This document shows positions 11,741 through 24,400 of a stretch of DNA of 64,000 nucleotides, one piece after another (positions within the stretch are counted from its first letter, which is position 1; every line of letters begins with the position of its first letter). The position numbers and the translations under genes are program-made. Origin of the DNA: Malacoraja senta (taxonomy: Eukaryota); contig JAXLNO010000487.1 of assembly GCA_038087875.1 (NCBI GenBank), positions 1 to 64,000 of the forward strand, given 5' to 3'. The notes under the pieces were generated by a model that was given only the letters and a program-made list of their open reading frames with translations, had not been told where the DNA came from and searched no databases.

Positions 11741-13399
11741 ATTATGTCTTGCAAGCCATCCTCTGGATTCTCTCTCCACTCCATACCTCTCCTGCACACG
11801 GAACATGTGCCTCACACCTATCCTGCATCATCTAACTTTATCTTTGTGGTGACCCAGGTTCATTCCTTTCCCCATACAATGTGTGCACAGGCCATGGATA
11901 TCTCACCCTGTCCTATCTCCACCTTCCAGTGCTCCTGCCCTTTCCAACAATCACCCTGAGCGGACAGTTGAGATTATGTGATGCCCATGTTGCTGTGCAG
12001 TGCCGTCCTATGTTTATCACTGAGAAACTCTCTCATCCACATGTCCCGAGCTAAGATATTCCATGTCTTCAATTTTACATTCAGTGCACATGTGTGGGAG
12101 GATACTTATGATGCATGTTTCCACAGGATGCTTAAATGATTATTTTGTGCAGTCCTCTTGACATTACTGGAGAGGTGTTTTTTTTAAATATATATAAGAA
12201 CGTTCTTTTATAGTTGCTTTCACGAAGTATTTTCAGTTATAAATGTCAACCATGCTGATATCTAAAATTTATAGATCTGACATCTTATCAAAGGAACCCT
12301 AGTCTTTTTCCACACACTCTGATGATTGTGAGTAACTTAACACAGGTGCTTAAATTTTGATGTTGGCAAGCAGGAAAATCAACATGGTATAATCAACCAA
12401 GATTTTGTGTGTGTTTTGACCAGAAACCCTTCTACCCAAGCTTTTGTTTTAAAAATCATGGTCGGTCTTTTACCTTTTTTAAAAGTGCAGTGAGGTTTGA
12501 ATCCAAACAACCCAGAGCATTTTTCTCATATTCATTTGCAGTTGATATGTTGAAGGTGGTGAATTTTTGTAAACCAGTGTCATTTCTGGTCAGAATGAGT
12601 ACTGTCTGTTGACCTATGTTTTGTTATATGGCCTTTTCTTTTAAATGAATTATGTCTGATTTATAGATTTACTACAAAACAGTACAAAGTATGGAAGTTT
12701 TATTCAGTGCAGTCTGATACATACGGACATGGGCCAGAACTTGGCATTCTTTGCGTTTGCCAATTGTTTGTTACAGATATCTTGCAGGATGCATAATGTG
12801 TAACAGTTAACGTTATCCAGACAATGGACAGTTTGTTAGATTTATATCATTAGTAAATGATTAAATAGTGATATGAAATACCAGAACATGTTTGTACCAG
12901 TTTGTTCCAGTTGAACAAGAAAAAGTAAAACATTATGAATTAGTAATGGAAACATTGGTTAATTTCGTAAATAGATTTACAGCAGGTTGAGTTTGCTGAA
13001 TTAAAATGGCTGTAGTGTTTGACTTTTCTATAGAGATTGAATTAAGAAATTTCAAAGCTGCTTGACTATTTTTAAATTGATCTGGTGATTTATTAGTGAG
13101 ATAAAATAAATTTCAAATGGATTGTAAATTTCATGCAATTGATTCTTAAAAACCAAAACATTTAAGCCACATTGTTTCAATGGAAAATGGGCTTTAAACA
13201 GTGTTTGTTTCTTCTGTGTAGGGAGTTATACCATGACTGTTTACCAAGCAGTTTGCAGAGATTAGCTGCTTCCTGATACTAGATGCACAATTTACTAGGT
13301 GGAACATCCCTGCAAATATCAAAACGTACGCTGGGACCTGCTCTTTTCTTTCCTTATCCCACTGTCCTAACAAAAAGTCTCAGTTACTTTGAAGGAAAT

Positions 13400-14340
13400 A
13401 TTGCTGTCGATGAAGATAGTTTTAAATTTACATGTGGCAGTGGGTAAGTAACTGGGAATTAATTGAGGTTGAAGTAAGAGTAGTGACAATGGGAATGTTG
13501 TCTGATAGGTAAGACTTGAGAGGTGATGTTCCCAGTGTTCTGTATTTGAGCCCCAGTTTTATATCACTGATTTGGAAGAGGAGATTGAAGTTTCTATTAT
13601 CATGTTTGCATGTCTAAATTAGAAGGCGTATTAATGGCAGCAGTAAGTTTTGCAGAAAATGGCTGAGCAAAATTGAGAGCTGGAGTACAGTGCAGGGAAG
13701 TGTTAAATCATCAGCTTTTGGATTTAAGAAAGAAAGATTAAAATAATTTTCTTAATGGGAAGTGACTGCTTTGTGAAAGAGCAAAGGCATTTGGGTATCC
13801 ATTTGTGTGCAAATATGAATAGCAATTTAAAAAGTCTTGCGGGATATTGGTGTCTGCATCAGGAGGCTGATTGCAAAGAGGAAGATGTTAAGGTCCAGTG
13901 ATGCAAAGTATTTTTTTTAATTTATCTCACGTGTCATACTTGGTTTCAGGTACTGCACCTCAGGAAAGGTGCATTGATTTTAAAAGGGGTATGGTGTCGA
14001 TTCATCAGAATAAGACAATGCCAAGGTTGATTTGAGATGACAAACTTGGTTTTAATTGCCTTGGAATTATGAGGTTGTGGACTAACTCCATTACAAAGAG
14101 TAGTTTTATATACTACTCTTTGTAATGGAGTTAGTTCTGCTGTAAATGAACTCATGAAGCACTTCCCCTACTTTCTCACAAAAATAGTGAGGACGGCGAT
14201 GTATTTGACATTTCAAGATCATGGTTAATAGATGTTGTTGAGCGATGGAGGGTGGGTAAATAGAGTTAAGCTGCAGATAGCCATGATGTAACACTGTTTC
14301 TGTTGGTCTGGAATAATCGAGTGGGTGTACTCTTCTGCAC
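13400..14340 (+). mobile_element. Old degenerate CR1-type LINE remnant
   Basis: Decayed 'ggtgatgttcccagtgttctgtatttgagcccc...catgtttgca', 'ggtttcaggtactgcacctcaggaaagg', 'tttctcacaaaaatagtgagga', 'gatagccatgat'. Confidence 0.55.
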
Positions 14341-14749
14341 CTGTTGATGGTCATCTTCATTGTGGGAGAAACCCAGTGCTCTATATAATCTGACTCAACA
14401 TTCATTTTTGCAAGAGGAAGAGATACCCTTCTTGCATCAATTGCTGCCTTTGACCATTTATGATCATGAAACTGGAGTTGATTTCAATGACTTATCATTA
14501 CACATTGTCTTAAATCCACAGACCATCAGAACAACTCTTGATGTAAATACATTTTTCACAACTTTATGTAGTCAGTATGAGATTGTACTCTCCACTAATT
14601 TGACATTTATTTGTTTGCCAAATTGAGTTGTGTTTTGTTTATTTTTTCCGATTGTCACCATCACAGTAGCCGGTCTTCAGCCAATTCATATACACTATGA
14701 GAGCTGTGGATACAGCAAAGGCAGTGGAACCAGGTGCCACCTAAGCTAT

Positions 14750-14890
14750 TGAGTGTAGGAAGGAACTGCAGATGCTCGTTTAAACCAAAGATAGACACAA
14801 AAAGCTGGAGTAACTCAGCGGGACAGGCAGCATCTCTGGAGAAAAGGATAGGTGATGTTTCAGGTCGAGACCCTTCTTCAGACTGAAGAC
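14750..14890 (-). mobile_element. Short PLE-end element with hammerhead-like core, fold-back start CTTCAGACTGAAG
   Basis: 'gtaggaaggaactgcagatgc...tttcaggtcgagacccttcttcagactgaag'. Confidence 0.8.
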
Positions 14891-14904
14891 TCGTTTCCAC
14901 GCTG

Positions 14905-15063
14905 CATCTTTGGAGTGTGGGAGGAAACCGGAGCACCCGAAGAAAACCCATGTGGTCAAAGGGGGAATATACAACCTCTGTACCGACAGCACATGTAGTC
15001 AGGAATGAACCCGGGTCTCTAGCTCTATAAGGCAGCAACTCTGCCGCTGCACCACTGTGCGCC
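14905..15063 (-). mobile_element. tRNA-derived V-SINE (HE1-like), 5' half
   Basis: 'tctttggagtgtgggaggaaaccggagcacccg...gaacccgggtctct...ggcagcaactctgccgctgcaccactgtgc'. Confidence 0.85.
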
Positions 15064-15079
15064 CAAATACTTGGAGCGG

Positions 15080-16545
15080 TACACAAAGTGGCTCTTGGAA
15101 ATTAATCATCTCAGGCTAAGAATTTCTCAGTGTACTGTCCTAGGCCCAGCCATCCTTAACTGCTTCACTCACAACCTTCCATCGTCCGATTGTAAATAGG
15201 TCAGTGATTAATTGTGCAATGTACAATTCCATTCACAACTCCTTAGGAAATGAAGCCGTGCATGGCAGTATGCACCAAGATCTGGACAATATTTGGGCAA
15301 GGGCTGATATGTGGTAAATAACATTTGAACCATAAAGGTGCCAGGAAATGACCATCTCCAACAACTGTACTGACAGTAAGCACCTACAATGACATTACCA
15401 TTGCAAAATCCTCCATGATCAACATCCTGGCTACACTGTTGAGTAGAAACTCAAATGGACCGCATGAATACCATGGGTACAATAGCTGTGAGAGGCTGTG
15501 ACACTATCCCTGACATCAAGGCCCTTCCTGTATCTATAAGGCACAGTTCAGGAGTGAGATCACATACTCTTCACTTGCCTGGATGCACGAGGCTCCCGAA
15601 ACACTAAAAAAGTTTGACAACATCCAAGACAAACAGCCATCATGACTGGCACCTCATCCACCATCCTAACCATTCTACCATTGTACAATGCTGCAGTATA
15701 GGTTATCTACAAAATGCTCTGCAATTGCTTGTCCAAGTTATTCTCAAGTCAATGATCATTACGACCAAAAACAACAAGAGCAGCAGGTGCTTGGGACACT
15801 ATCACCCTACCACCTCCAAGTCACTTTACTGTTCTTTCATTGTCCCTGTGTCTAAATATGGGAACTTCCTACCAACATCAATGCAAGAGCGCTTTGTACT
15901 GCAGCAGTTCAAAAATGCTGAGGAAGGACATTATTGCCATAGAGGGAGTGCAGAGAAGGTTCACCAGACTGATTCCTGGGATGTCAGGACTGTCTTATGA
16001 AGAAAGACTGGATAGACTTGGTTTATACTCTCTAGAATTTAGGAGATTGAGAGGGGATCTTATAGAAACTTACAAAATTCTTAAGGGGTTGGACAGGCTA
16101 GATGCAGGAAGATTGCTCCCGATGTTGGGGAAGTCCAGGACAAGGGGTCACAGCTTAAGGATAAGGGGGAAATCCTTTAAGACCGAGATGAGAAGAACTT
16201 TTTTCACACAGAGAGTGGTGAATCTCTGGAACTCTCTGCCACAGAGGGTAGTCAAGGCCAGTTCATTGGCTATATTTAAGAGGGAGTTAGATGTGGCCCT
16301 TGTGGCTAAAGGGATCAGAGGGTATGGAGAGAAGGCAGGTACGGGATACTGAGTTGGATGATCAGCCATGATCATATTGAATGGCGGTGCAGGCTCGAAG
16401 AGCCGAATGGCCTACTCCTGCACCTAATTTCTATGTTTCTATGTATGTTTCTATGCAGTTTGCATTCTAAAGAAGGCACCCTCTCAGGGCAGTTGGGTAT
16501 GGGCATCAAATGCTGGCCTTGCCATTGTTGTCATGATCCTGAAAA
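15080..16545 (+). mobile_element. Old CR1/L2-clade LINE remnant interrupted by a younger CR1
   Basis: 'gtcctaggcccagccatccttaactgcttcac..accttcc' RT-region decay; 3' end 'ctctcagggcagttgggtatgggcatcaaatgctggccttgcc' resumes after 16455; a similar family occurs inverted at 27240-29560. Confidence 0.55.
15915..16455 (+). mobile_element. Young CR1 (HER1-like) LINE 3' fragment
   Basis: Open frame 'RKDIIAIEGVQRRFTRLIPG..LSYEERLDRLGLYSLEFRRLRGDLIETYKI...FFTQRVVNLWNSLP'; (TATGTTTC)n tail. Confidence 0.92.
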
Positions 16546-16909
16546 GGAGTTAAAATGTTTGTGAAAATAACAGATGTGATTCCTATGAATTAAATATTCA
16601 ATCGTAAGAAATCCAGATTCAGCAGCATGTTTATTTACACCACTGCACCAGAACTGGATCAGATGCGTATGTGTGTTGAAACTTTTTTGCGTCCATGTAC
16701 TTCCGTGATGATTTCAGAGGCTTTTTGAAGCAGATGATCTGCTTAAATCTTGAAATTAATGAGAAGCTTTTTCTGACAGATTGTTATGTTGGTCGATTCT
16801 GAGATGTTGTCAAACTAAATAAGGAGAGAGGATGGGGAATCAATGAAGCTTGCAATGGTGAGGGTTAATATTTATTTCCAGTAAAATGTATGAAAAGAAT
16901 AATGTAATA

Positions 16910-17160
16910 AAAAGGAACTGCAGATGCTGGTTTATACTGAAGATAGACACAAATATGGTTTATACCGAAGATAGACACAAACTCAGCGGGTCAGGCAGCA
17001 TCTCTGGAGAAAATGGATAGGTGACATTTTAGGTCGGGACCCTTCTTCTGACTGATTGTTTGGTGGGGACTGGAAGCAAGGACCAATCAGGGCCAGCAAC
17101 AGATGAACTCAGATAGGGTGGTTCCCTGATAGGCCAATTGTTGGCTAGAGACGGTGTGAT
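16910..17160 (-). mobile_element. PLE 3'-end fragment with an internal ~26-28 bp tandem duplication
   Basis: 'aaggaactgcagatgc[tggtttatactgaagatagacacaaa]x2...ggtcgggacccttcttctgactg'. Confidence 0.75.
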
Positions 17161-17411
17161 CACATGATGTATGAAAATTCAAAACAAAACCCAACTTCAG
17201 AATAGCAGCTAACAAGAATTGTATTATTACCACATGGGTAAATTGACAATTGGAAGGAATTAACTCAACAAATCTTGATTGAATTGTTGCAGTAAAACTT
17301 TAATCTGGATCTAATTGGTAGGCAATCCTGATTATATGGTATCTGGCACACTTTAGTCTGGAATATGAGCTGAGGCTTCAGAGTTGCTGGAGCTAGTGCC
17401 TGCACAGAGGA

Positions 17412-17634
17412 TACAAAGTGCTGGAGTAACTCAAAGGGTCAGGCAGCATCTCTGGAGAACATGGAGAGGTGATGTTTTGAGAAGAGATCCCTCTTCGGTC
17501 TGAGGAAGGGTTTCAACCCGAAGCATCACCTATCCATGTTCTCCAGAGATGCTGCCTGACCTGCTGAGTTACTCCATCACTTTGGTCTTTTGTGTATTAA
17601 CCAGCATGTGCAGTTCTTTGTTTCTGCATTTTGT
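17412..17634. mobile_element. Palindromic short PLE-end element
   Basis: ~85-bp inverted arms meeting at 'ctcttcggtctgaggaag'; candidate TSD CTGCACAG(A/T)GGA at 17400-17411 and 17635-17646. Confidence 0.8.
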
Positions 17635-19087
17635 CTGCACAGTGGACTGGATTGTGAATGATATGGGCCTGGGTCAGGAACATGGTAGGTCTGAGGACAG
17701 AGCTGGGATCCAGAGTGTTTTTTATTCCCCACTGGTTTCCCCAAGTCTCTGGCTTCAATGGAAAATTTGTTGAACTAACATGAAATATGTAAAACAAACG
17801 GAAACAGAAGTGTGCTTGGGTATGAATACAAATCAGATTTAATGGTCTGGATAATCTGCTGGTCCAGCACTACCAAAGTCTAAAGGGTGCCAGATTGTAG
17901 TTATACTTCAGAGATTTTTCTCTAAAAATATACTTTGATTTTAGAGAAGTAGTTTTTACTTGGCTGATCTTTGGTCAATGATTATTGTATTGCCGACCAT
18001 CAATTTGCTTATAGTTGAATGTATGGAATAATGGCTTGGTGACTCTTTTTGCATTCATCTATGGTATCTTGTGCCTCCCCCGATAGTGGCTTGTATGTCT
18101 AATTATTGAAATGCATCTAAAGAACCTCTTTGTGGCAAGAACTGTAGAATCCATTGGAAGCAATGGGTTGTCCTCATGTGCTGTTCTTCTTGGGGTTTTA
18201 AATGTAAAATTTGATGTTTAAGCCACTGAAGCAGCAAGATGGAAGATATTGGAGATTGAACAGGCGTCATTTTTTCCCTTGCATTTTGTTTCCCAACACT
18301 AAATATGTTCATTTGCAGTTGGTGAGGTAGTTGTGTACATTTGTCATGATTTACCATAAATTCCATCCATTCTCTGAGCATGATAGTTTTTCTTCTGTCA
18401 AACCCAACCAATCCTGCCAATTCCTCATAGAGATGGACTAAGGCTTTAACAAGAACACAACACTTGTTAAATCTAAGTGTTGCCAATAGTTGAGGCTTTG
18501 TTTCCCTGCATTTGCATTTCATAATTCTACAGAACAGCCCTTCACGAGTTTTGATTCCACTTTGGCCCCATCCTCTAATTGTGCATTCATTAGTTCTGCA
18601 GTCTTTGAGCAAGGTGATTTCCCCTCTTCATGTTACTATCTTCATTGCTGTCTGTTTCCTTATTTTCACACAACATTAACAGTAATGTAATGGATGCACT
18701 CCTCTTTGTTAAAAGCGCTACTACATAAATCAAAATTAACTTTGTTTCTTTATCCTAGCAATAAAGTAAAGAAACTAGTAAGTTAATTATGGAAAACACT
18801 TATTAATCTAGTTAAATGGGTCTTGGTTTTAAAATGCATCCACAAGAAATGTCGAAGGGGATGACATGTATATATTAATATTGGTAATTATGTAACTTCA
18901 CTGGCATTCTATATCCCATCATGAAAAATAATGATGTTCAAAATATCAAAAACAAATGACGACCAATGCTAGGAATCTGAAATAAAAGCACAATGCTTGA
19001 AATACTCATGTCTTATGGGATCTGTGAGAAGGTGCATGATATTTTGCCATTTTACTTGAGAATTTATATTGTGACAATTGAAGGATA

Positions 19088-19200
19088 CACACACACACAC
19101 ACACAGGTGCACACACACACACGCATGCGCACACACACACATGCGCACACACACAAGCACACACGCATGCATGCGCACACACACACACACACACGAGAGA
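19088..19200. repeat. Interrupted (CA)n microsatellite
   Basis: Directly visible. Confidence 0.95.
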
Positions 19201-19441
19201 GACAAAGTGCTGGAGTAACTTAGCGGGTCAGGCAGTGTCCCTGGAGGACATGAAAATGTGATGTTTCGGGTCAGGACCACCTTCAGACTGAAGGTGAAGT
19301 TTTGGGTCGACACCCTTCTTCGACGGGTCCTGACCCAAAACGTTACCTATCCGTGTTCTCCATGATGCATGACCTGTTGAGTTATTCCAGCACATTGTGT
19401 CATTTTTTGTAAACCAGCATCTGCCGTTCCTTGTTTCTACA
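19200..19441. mobile_element. Palindromic short PLE-end element adjoining (CA)n
   Basis: 'gacaaagtgctggagtaact...cttcagactgaag...gttattccagcacattgtgtc...aaccagcatctgccgttccttgtttctac'. Confidence 0.75.
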
Positions 19442-19949
19442 TCTTACCTTTATATATACTCTTTCATAACCCCAGGAGGCCTTGATATCTTTGGTCACTG
19501 TGTAAGCAATGAGGTAAAGGAACGAGTAATATGTTTTGGTGGTGACTGCCGAGAATCAGCACACTCAGGAAAACTTCCCTGTACTTGTACAAATACTTCC
19601 AGGAAACCATCTTGCACTGTTGCAGAGGTTAATGTCTGACCTTGGGCAGTGTGACATTCCCGCAGTACTGCACTGGTCTGTCTCCCACTCCTTCAGAGAT
19701 CCCAGAACCAGAGTGGGTCTTGAATGCACAACTTTCTGGTGTAGAGGCACGCTATCGTGCTGAGTGTTTGTCAGCAACAACTGGAGTTTCTTCTGTGACC
19801 TGTTCTAGTGCTGATCAGTATATAGAAAGCTAAGTGTTACAGAAACATCAATATGATGCGTTTCCTGGTCAATAAGAAATCATCTTCGCAGTATGCAAAG
19901 CCGTTTGATTTTTCTATTATATAACTTGGCCTTTCAGACTTTGATATTA

Positions 19950-20040
19950 GAAAACAAAAGGACACAGAGTGCTGGAATAATTCAGCAGGCCAGGCAGCAT
20001 CTCTGGAGAATGTGGATAGGCGACGTTTTGGGTCGAGATA
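19950..20040 (-). mobile_element. Short PLE-end fragment
   Basis: 'gacacagagtgctggaataattcagcaggccaggcagcatctctggaga...gacgttttgggtcgaga'. Confidence 0.7.
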
Positions 20041-22009
20041 TTGCACATATCCTCTCTATCCTTTGTAACAGCTGCCTCACCACTGTGGCATGATACGACC
20101 ACTCCAATAAAAGCTAGTTTTTGTCTTCTTTTATTCACGCTCACACAATTGAATGTGCTTGATACAGTTGCATTTTGAATTCAGATAGTCAGGAAATAAT
20201 GGCAAATAAAAAAAACCTGACAGATTTATTCAGAAAGACTGCCAACAGAATAAAGAATGCACACTGGAAGGAATTTTCATGTTTTATTGGTATGTGTTAT
20301 TTGAATGGATTACAATTGGAACTGCAGAAATATAATGATGAATCGAGTTAGACAAGTTAGAGTAACCCATGCAGTTATGCAGATTAATGGAATTGCAGTC
20401 ATTTTTTTTTACTGGTTTGAGTTATTTAATTTGGGCAAACAAAGGCTGCATTGTTTGAGAGTTGCTTGCAGGTGTGTTTGTTCAATATTATGTGATGTAA
20501 CATTAAACCATACAGGTGTTCAAGTATTTCTTATGTGGCTGAATAATGTCATTTCATTCCACCCTATGAAACTTATCGCGATTGAAGTAACCATCATTGC
20601 TGGAGCTGTTTATTTCCCTCAATTACATGTTGCTCTTGCAACAATCCGAGTGACAACACAGCACTTAAACCCTGTTTTGAAAACTTTTCGAGGGTAGAAT
20701 GAGAGAAAGGCACATGGCATGTCAAATCTATTTACCCCAAGTATAATCCTCGCTGACAATAAAGCTCATTTATTTAATTGTATGCTTTGGAGCACATGTT
20801 TCAAGAGTTTTTGTTTAACCAACTTTCAGAATATCTGCTTTTCACTGCATATTCACCATATAATCCAGTTGACTTCCCACCTTTGTTCCATTTTCCACAC
20901 CCTCACAAATCACCATTTACCCATTTTATCAGTTTAATATCACTGTGACTTGTCTGTGAAATCATTCATTCATTCAGGAGATAAGTCTGTGCTTTTTTTA
21001 AATGTTGTGTACTGTTTAATTGTCTTGGTCTGTATTTTGTCGTGACATGAATTAACACCCTGGTGGTGAATCCGATGACATGACTCATTGGTGAAAGACA
21101 ACATTTGGGACCAAAACATCCCCTTGCATATTATTATTTATTTCTGACTAACAGTCCTTCAAGCTGGTTGTGTGTACGGTAATATGAATACAGAGAAGGG
21201 AAGTCCTTGCAATGGGAGAGCTCAATACCCTCAGCAAGTCTGATGACTGTCATTACATTAAAATTTAAGAACAAAACAGATACATTTTTTCCCTTTAAAT
21301 TAAAAGCATGTTTGTGAAAGACTGTGTAAGAGGCAGCAGAAATGTCAGTTTAATTGCAAGATGAAATGAACATTTTTATTACTGGCACATTATCATCACA
21401 AAATTATTACTGGTGAAATCAGTCAAGAAACACTTTATGAAATTCCTGTGGCTGAAATTTTTAGAAGGGATATTACTTTGCGTGCATTATCTGAAATGGA
21501 TATTATGATTGCTTAAACAGCGTTTGCTGGCTGTCATACAAACATGGTATTCTGGTTTCTTCCTTTGTTTGGCAAGAGATGGAATTTAACAATGTGCAAT
21601 GTTGTTTATGTTCTACTTAAAATATTAATGCTATTAAATGACCATTTGATGGGCAGTTTGAAAATCTTTAGTTAAAGATTGATGTTTGACCTGTTAATTT
21701 CCTTAATGTTTAGGGTTGTCTTTGACTTATCTGAGAGGCAGTAGGTGCACTGATGCTGATCTTTTGTGGTCTATAACTCATAAGGAGGAACAGAGCCAGG
21801 AGGTTTAATGTAGAGAACATTTTTTTAACTGAGAAGACCCACATTACTGCAGCACTGTAAAAGTGTTTGACCACTTTTATTTGGCAATAAAATAAATGAG
21901 CTTGCAGATTTTGGTATTAGTTAGAGTGGAACAAAGCTTGAAGTGACTATATCACAGGACTTTAATTTATCTGGGAAAAGCTGGTCAGTTGACTCACAAT
22001 CTTGTTAAT

Positions 22010-22145
22010 AGGTAGACAAAAATGCTGGAGAAACTCAGCGGGTGAGGCAGCATCCATGGAGCGAAGGAATAGGCGACGTTTCGGGTCGAGACTCTTCTTA
22101 ACTCTATGACCACGTCTTAAACCAGACCCGTTCTTCTTCCTTAAA
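22010..22145 (-). mobile_element. Short PLE-end element with 15-bp TSD
   Basis: TSD CACAATCTTGTTAAT at 21995-22009 and 22146-22160; inverted arm, ~30-bp filler, then a short sense terminus. Confidence 0.85.
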
Positions 22146-22554
22146 CACAATCTTGTTAATGATCAGTTTGAGAGGAGAAGTACAGATCATCCTTCATCTG
22201 AATAATAAATTCGTTTAAAATGATTTGAATAAATGTCAAATGATACGTAAATTGATATGCACTGAGTGGATGCGACTATGTTGGCCCATTTTTATCTCTG
22301 TCCTGGTAGTTAAATGAGTGTGTTGCTTTCTCTTTCTCTTGAACCTGCTCTGATTACACTGTCATGAAAGGTGGCTTCAGCAACAACGGAGCCAGTGTCC
22401 TGGAACTTGCGGCTAATGTGCAGAATTGTAACTGTATGTTTTTGATTGAGATCTTCCCACATCTTGGGGTAGGTCAAATGAAGCCAGTTACAATGGAGGA
22501 GAGGGGGAGACAACTGTTACGGATATATTTACTGATGGGGTTCACCTGCTGTCA

Positions 22555-23012
22555 TAGATAACGTAATGCAGCATGGAAACATGTTCAGCAGCCCAATTCA
22601 TCCACGCCAACCAAGATGCCCCATCAACACTATTCCCACCTGCCTGCATTTGGCCCATATCCCTCTAAACCTTTCCTATCCAAGTACCCATCCAAAAGTA
22701 TTTTAAATGTTGCTATAGTTTCTTCCCAACTGTTATCAGGCAACTGAACCACCCTTCCACAACTAGAGAACAGTTCTGAACTACTATCTACCTCATTGGT
22801 GACCCTCAGACTATCTTTGATCGGACTTTACTGTCTTTATCTTGCATTAAATGTTATTCCCTTATCATGTATCTGTACACTGCGAATGGCTCGATTGTGA
22901 TCATGCAGTCTTCCCGCTGACTGGATAGCACACAACAAAAGCTTTTCACTGTACCTTGGTACATGTGACAATAAACTGAACTGAATGTTGTTATAGTTTC
23001 TGCCTCAACTAG
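22555..23012 (-). mobile_element. CR1 3' end interrupted by a + strand Rex-Babar-like 3' tail (~22724-22983)
   Basis: 18-bp TSD AATGTTG(C/T)TATAGTTTCT at 22706-22723 and 22984-23001; the insert ends in (AACTG)n. Confidence 0.75.
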
Positions 23013-23914
23013 CTCTGTGTCTGTGGTGCATTTGTGTCAACACCCAGTGACATCCTATCTAAGCAGAACTTTGCTGTCTGCATAGCCACTGGTATTGACT
23101 TATTTACGTATCAAGGTTCCTCTAACATTGTTAGCAATGCGACTAGGTAAACTAGAACGGTAACTATCTCTGAATATTGGTGCAGTTCTGTCCATCCATG
23201 GTCATCAATCTGAATAAGCCCTTAACAGGAAGTTGACTAATGCATTTTATAGGAATGTGACAGTATCAGAAATAACCTGATTTTCCTCTGAGTCATGGTG
23301 GCAGTATAAGCCTTAAACTTATTGACTCACCGGGAACCATGATAGAAAATTACTGCTCAAACACATCAGGGACTGTTGTGTGGAAATGCAGACTCCATTT
23401 ACTGTTGAGCAGAGAACTGCAGGCATTAAGTGTTGTGCATCAGAACAGCGAATTTCAACAAGGCTCCTGCACTAAAGGGGACAGCTGTAAAGAAGCCGTT
23501 AACACCGTGATACATTGCTGAAACTTGTGGTATTTGGTTGACAAGATAAGGATGTGTTTATTTGTGGGAACTGATGGATGAGCATCATGTCCCCCTGTGC
23601 CCTCTCCATACTTGCTGCCATGCTCCACTGCTGTGAGAGCTGCAACATTGATGAGGTACTGTACTCTGGGTGGGAATCAACGAAGGTTTCTGGTCCACGA
23701 TCTCTTGTATGCTCATTGAGTTGGGACATAAATTGCTCATTGGTATATTTGTTCAGGCTTATTTGCACAAACAGTAGCTGATTATGTGAGGTGTGGAGAA
23801 ATGATTATGATTGTGAAATGGCACCTCAATATAAACTAGGGAAATGGAATGAAGATAAACTGTTGGTCGAGTGTGCTGTTGCTAATTTGTAGTTTATTTT
23901 CTTAAAATATATAC

Positions 23915-24400
23915 TTAGAGTCATACAGTGTGGAACAAGCCCCATCAGACCAAATCGTCCGTGCCGATCTATATGCGCCATTTAAGCTAATCTCATTTCC
24001 TTGCATTTGGCCCATATCCCTCGAAACCGTTCGTATACATGTACCTGATCAAGTGTTGTTTAAATGTTGTTATGGTACCTGCCTCAACTACCTCCTCTGG
24101 CAGCTCGTCCCATATACCCACCATCTTCTGAGCGAAACAGTTGCCCCTCAGGTTCCTATTAAATCTTACCCCTCTCACCTTGTCCTCTTGCTTTTGATTC
24201 CCCTGCCCTGGGTAAAATACTGCATGCCTTTCTATTGGGTACACTGGTTAATATAAACATTAACCCTTTCTATTCCCCTAATGATTTTGCACACCTCTAA
24301 AGATCACCCCTCAGCCCACTGCTCTCCAAGGAATAGAGTCCTAGCCTGCCCAACCTCTCCCTATAGCTCAGCCCCTCAAATCCTGGCAACATCCTTTTAA
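23915..24400 (-). mobile_element. CR1 LINE 3' fragment
   Basis: Minus ORF 'RFNRNLRGNCFAQKMVGIWDELPEEVVEAGTITTFKQHL'. Confidence 0.82.

Noticed and set aside
18969..19313. Cys/Val- and His/Thr-rich ORFs
   Set aside because: These are translations of the (CA)n microsatellite.
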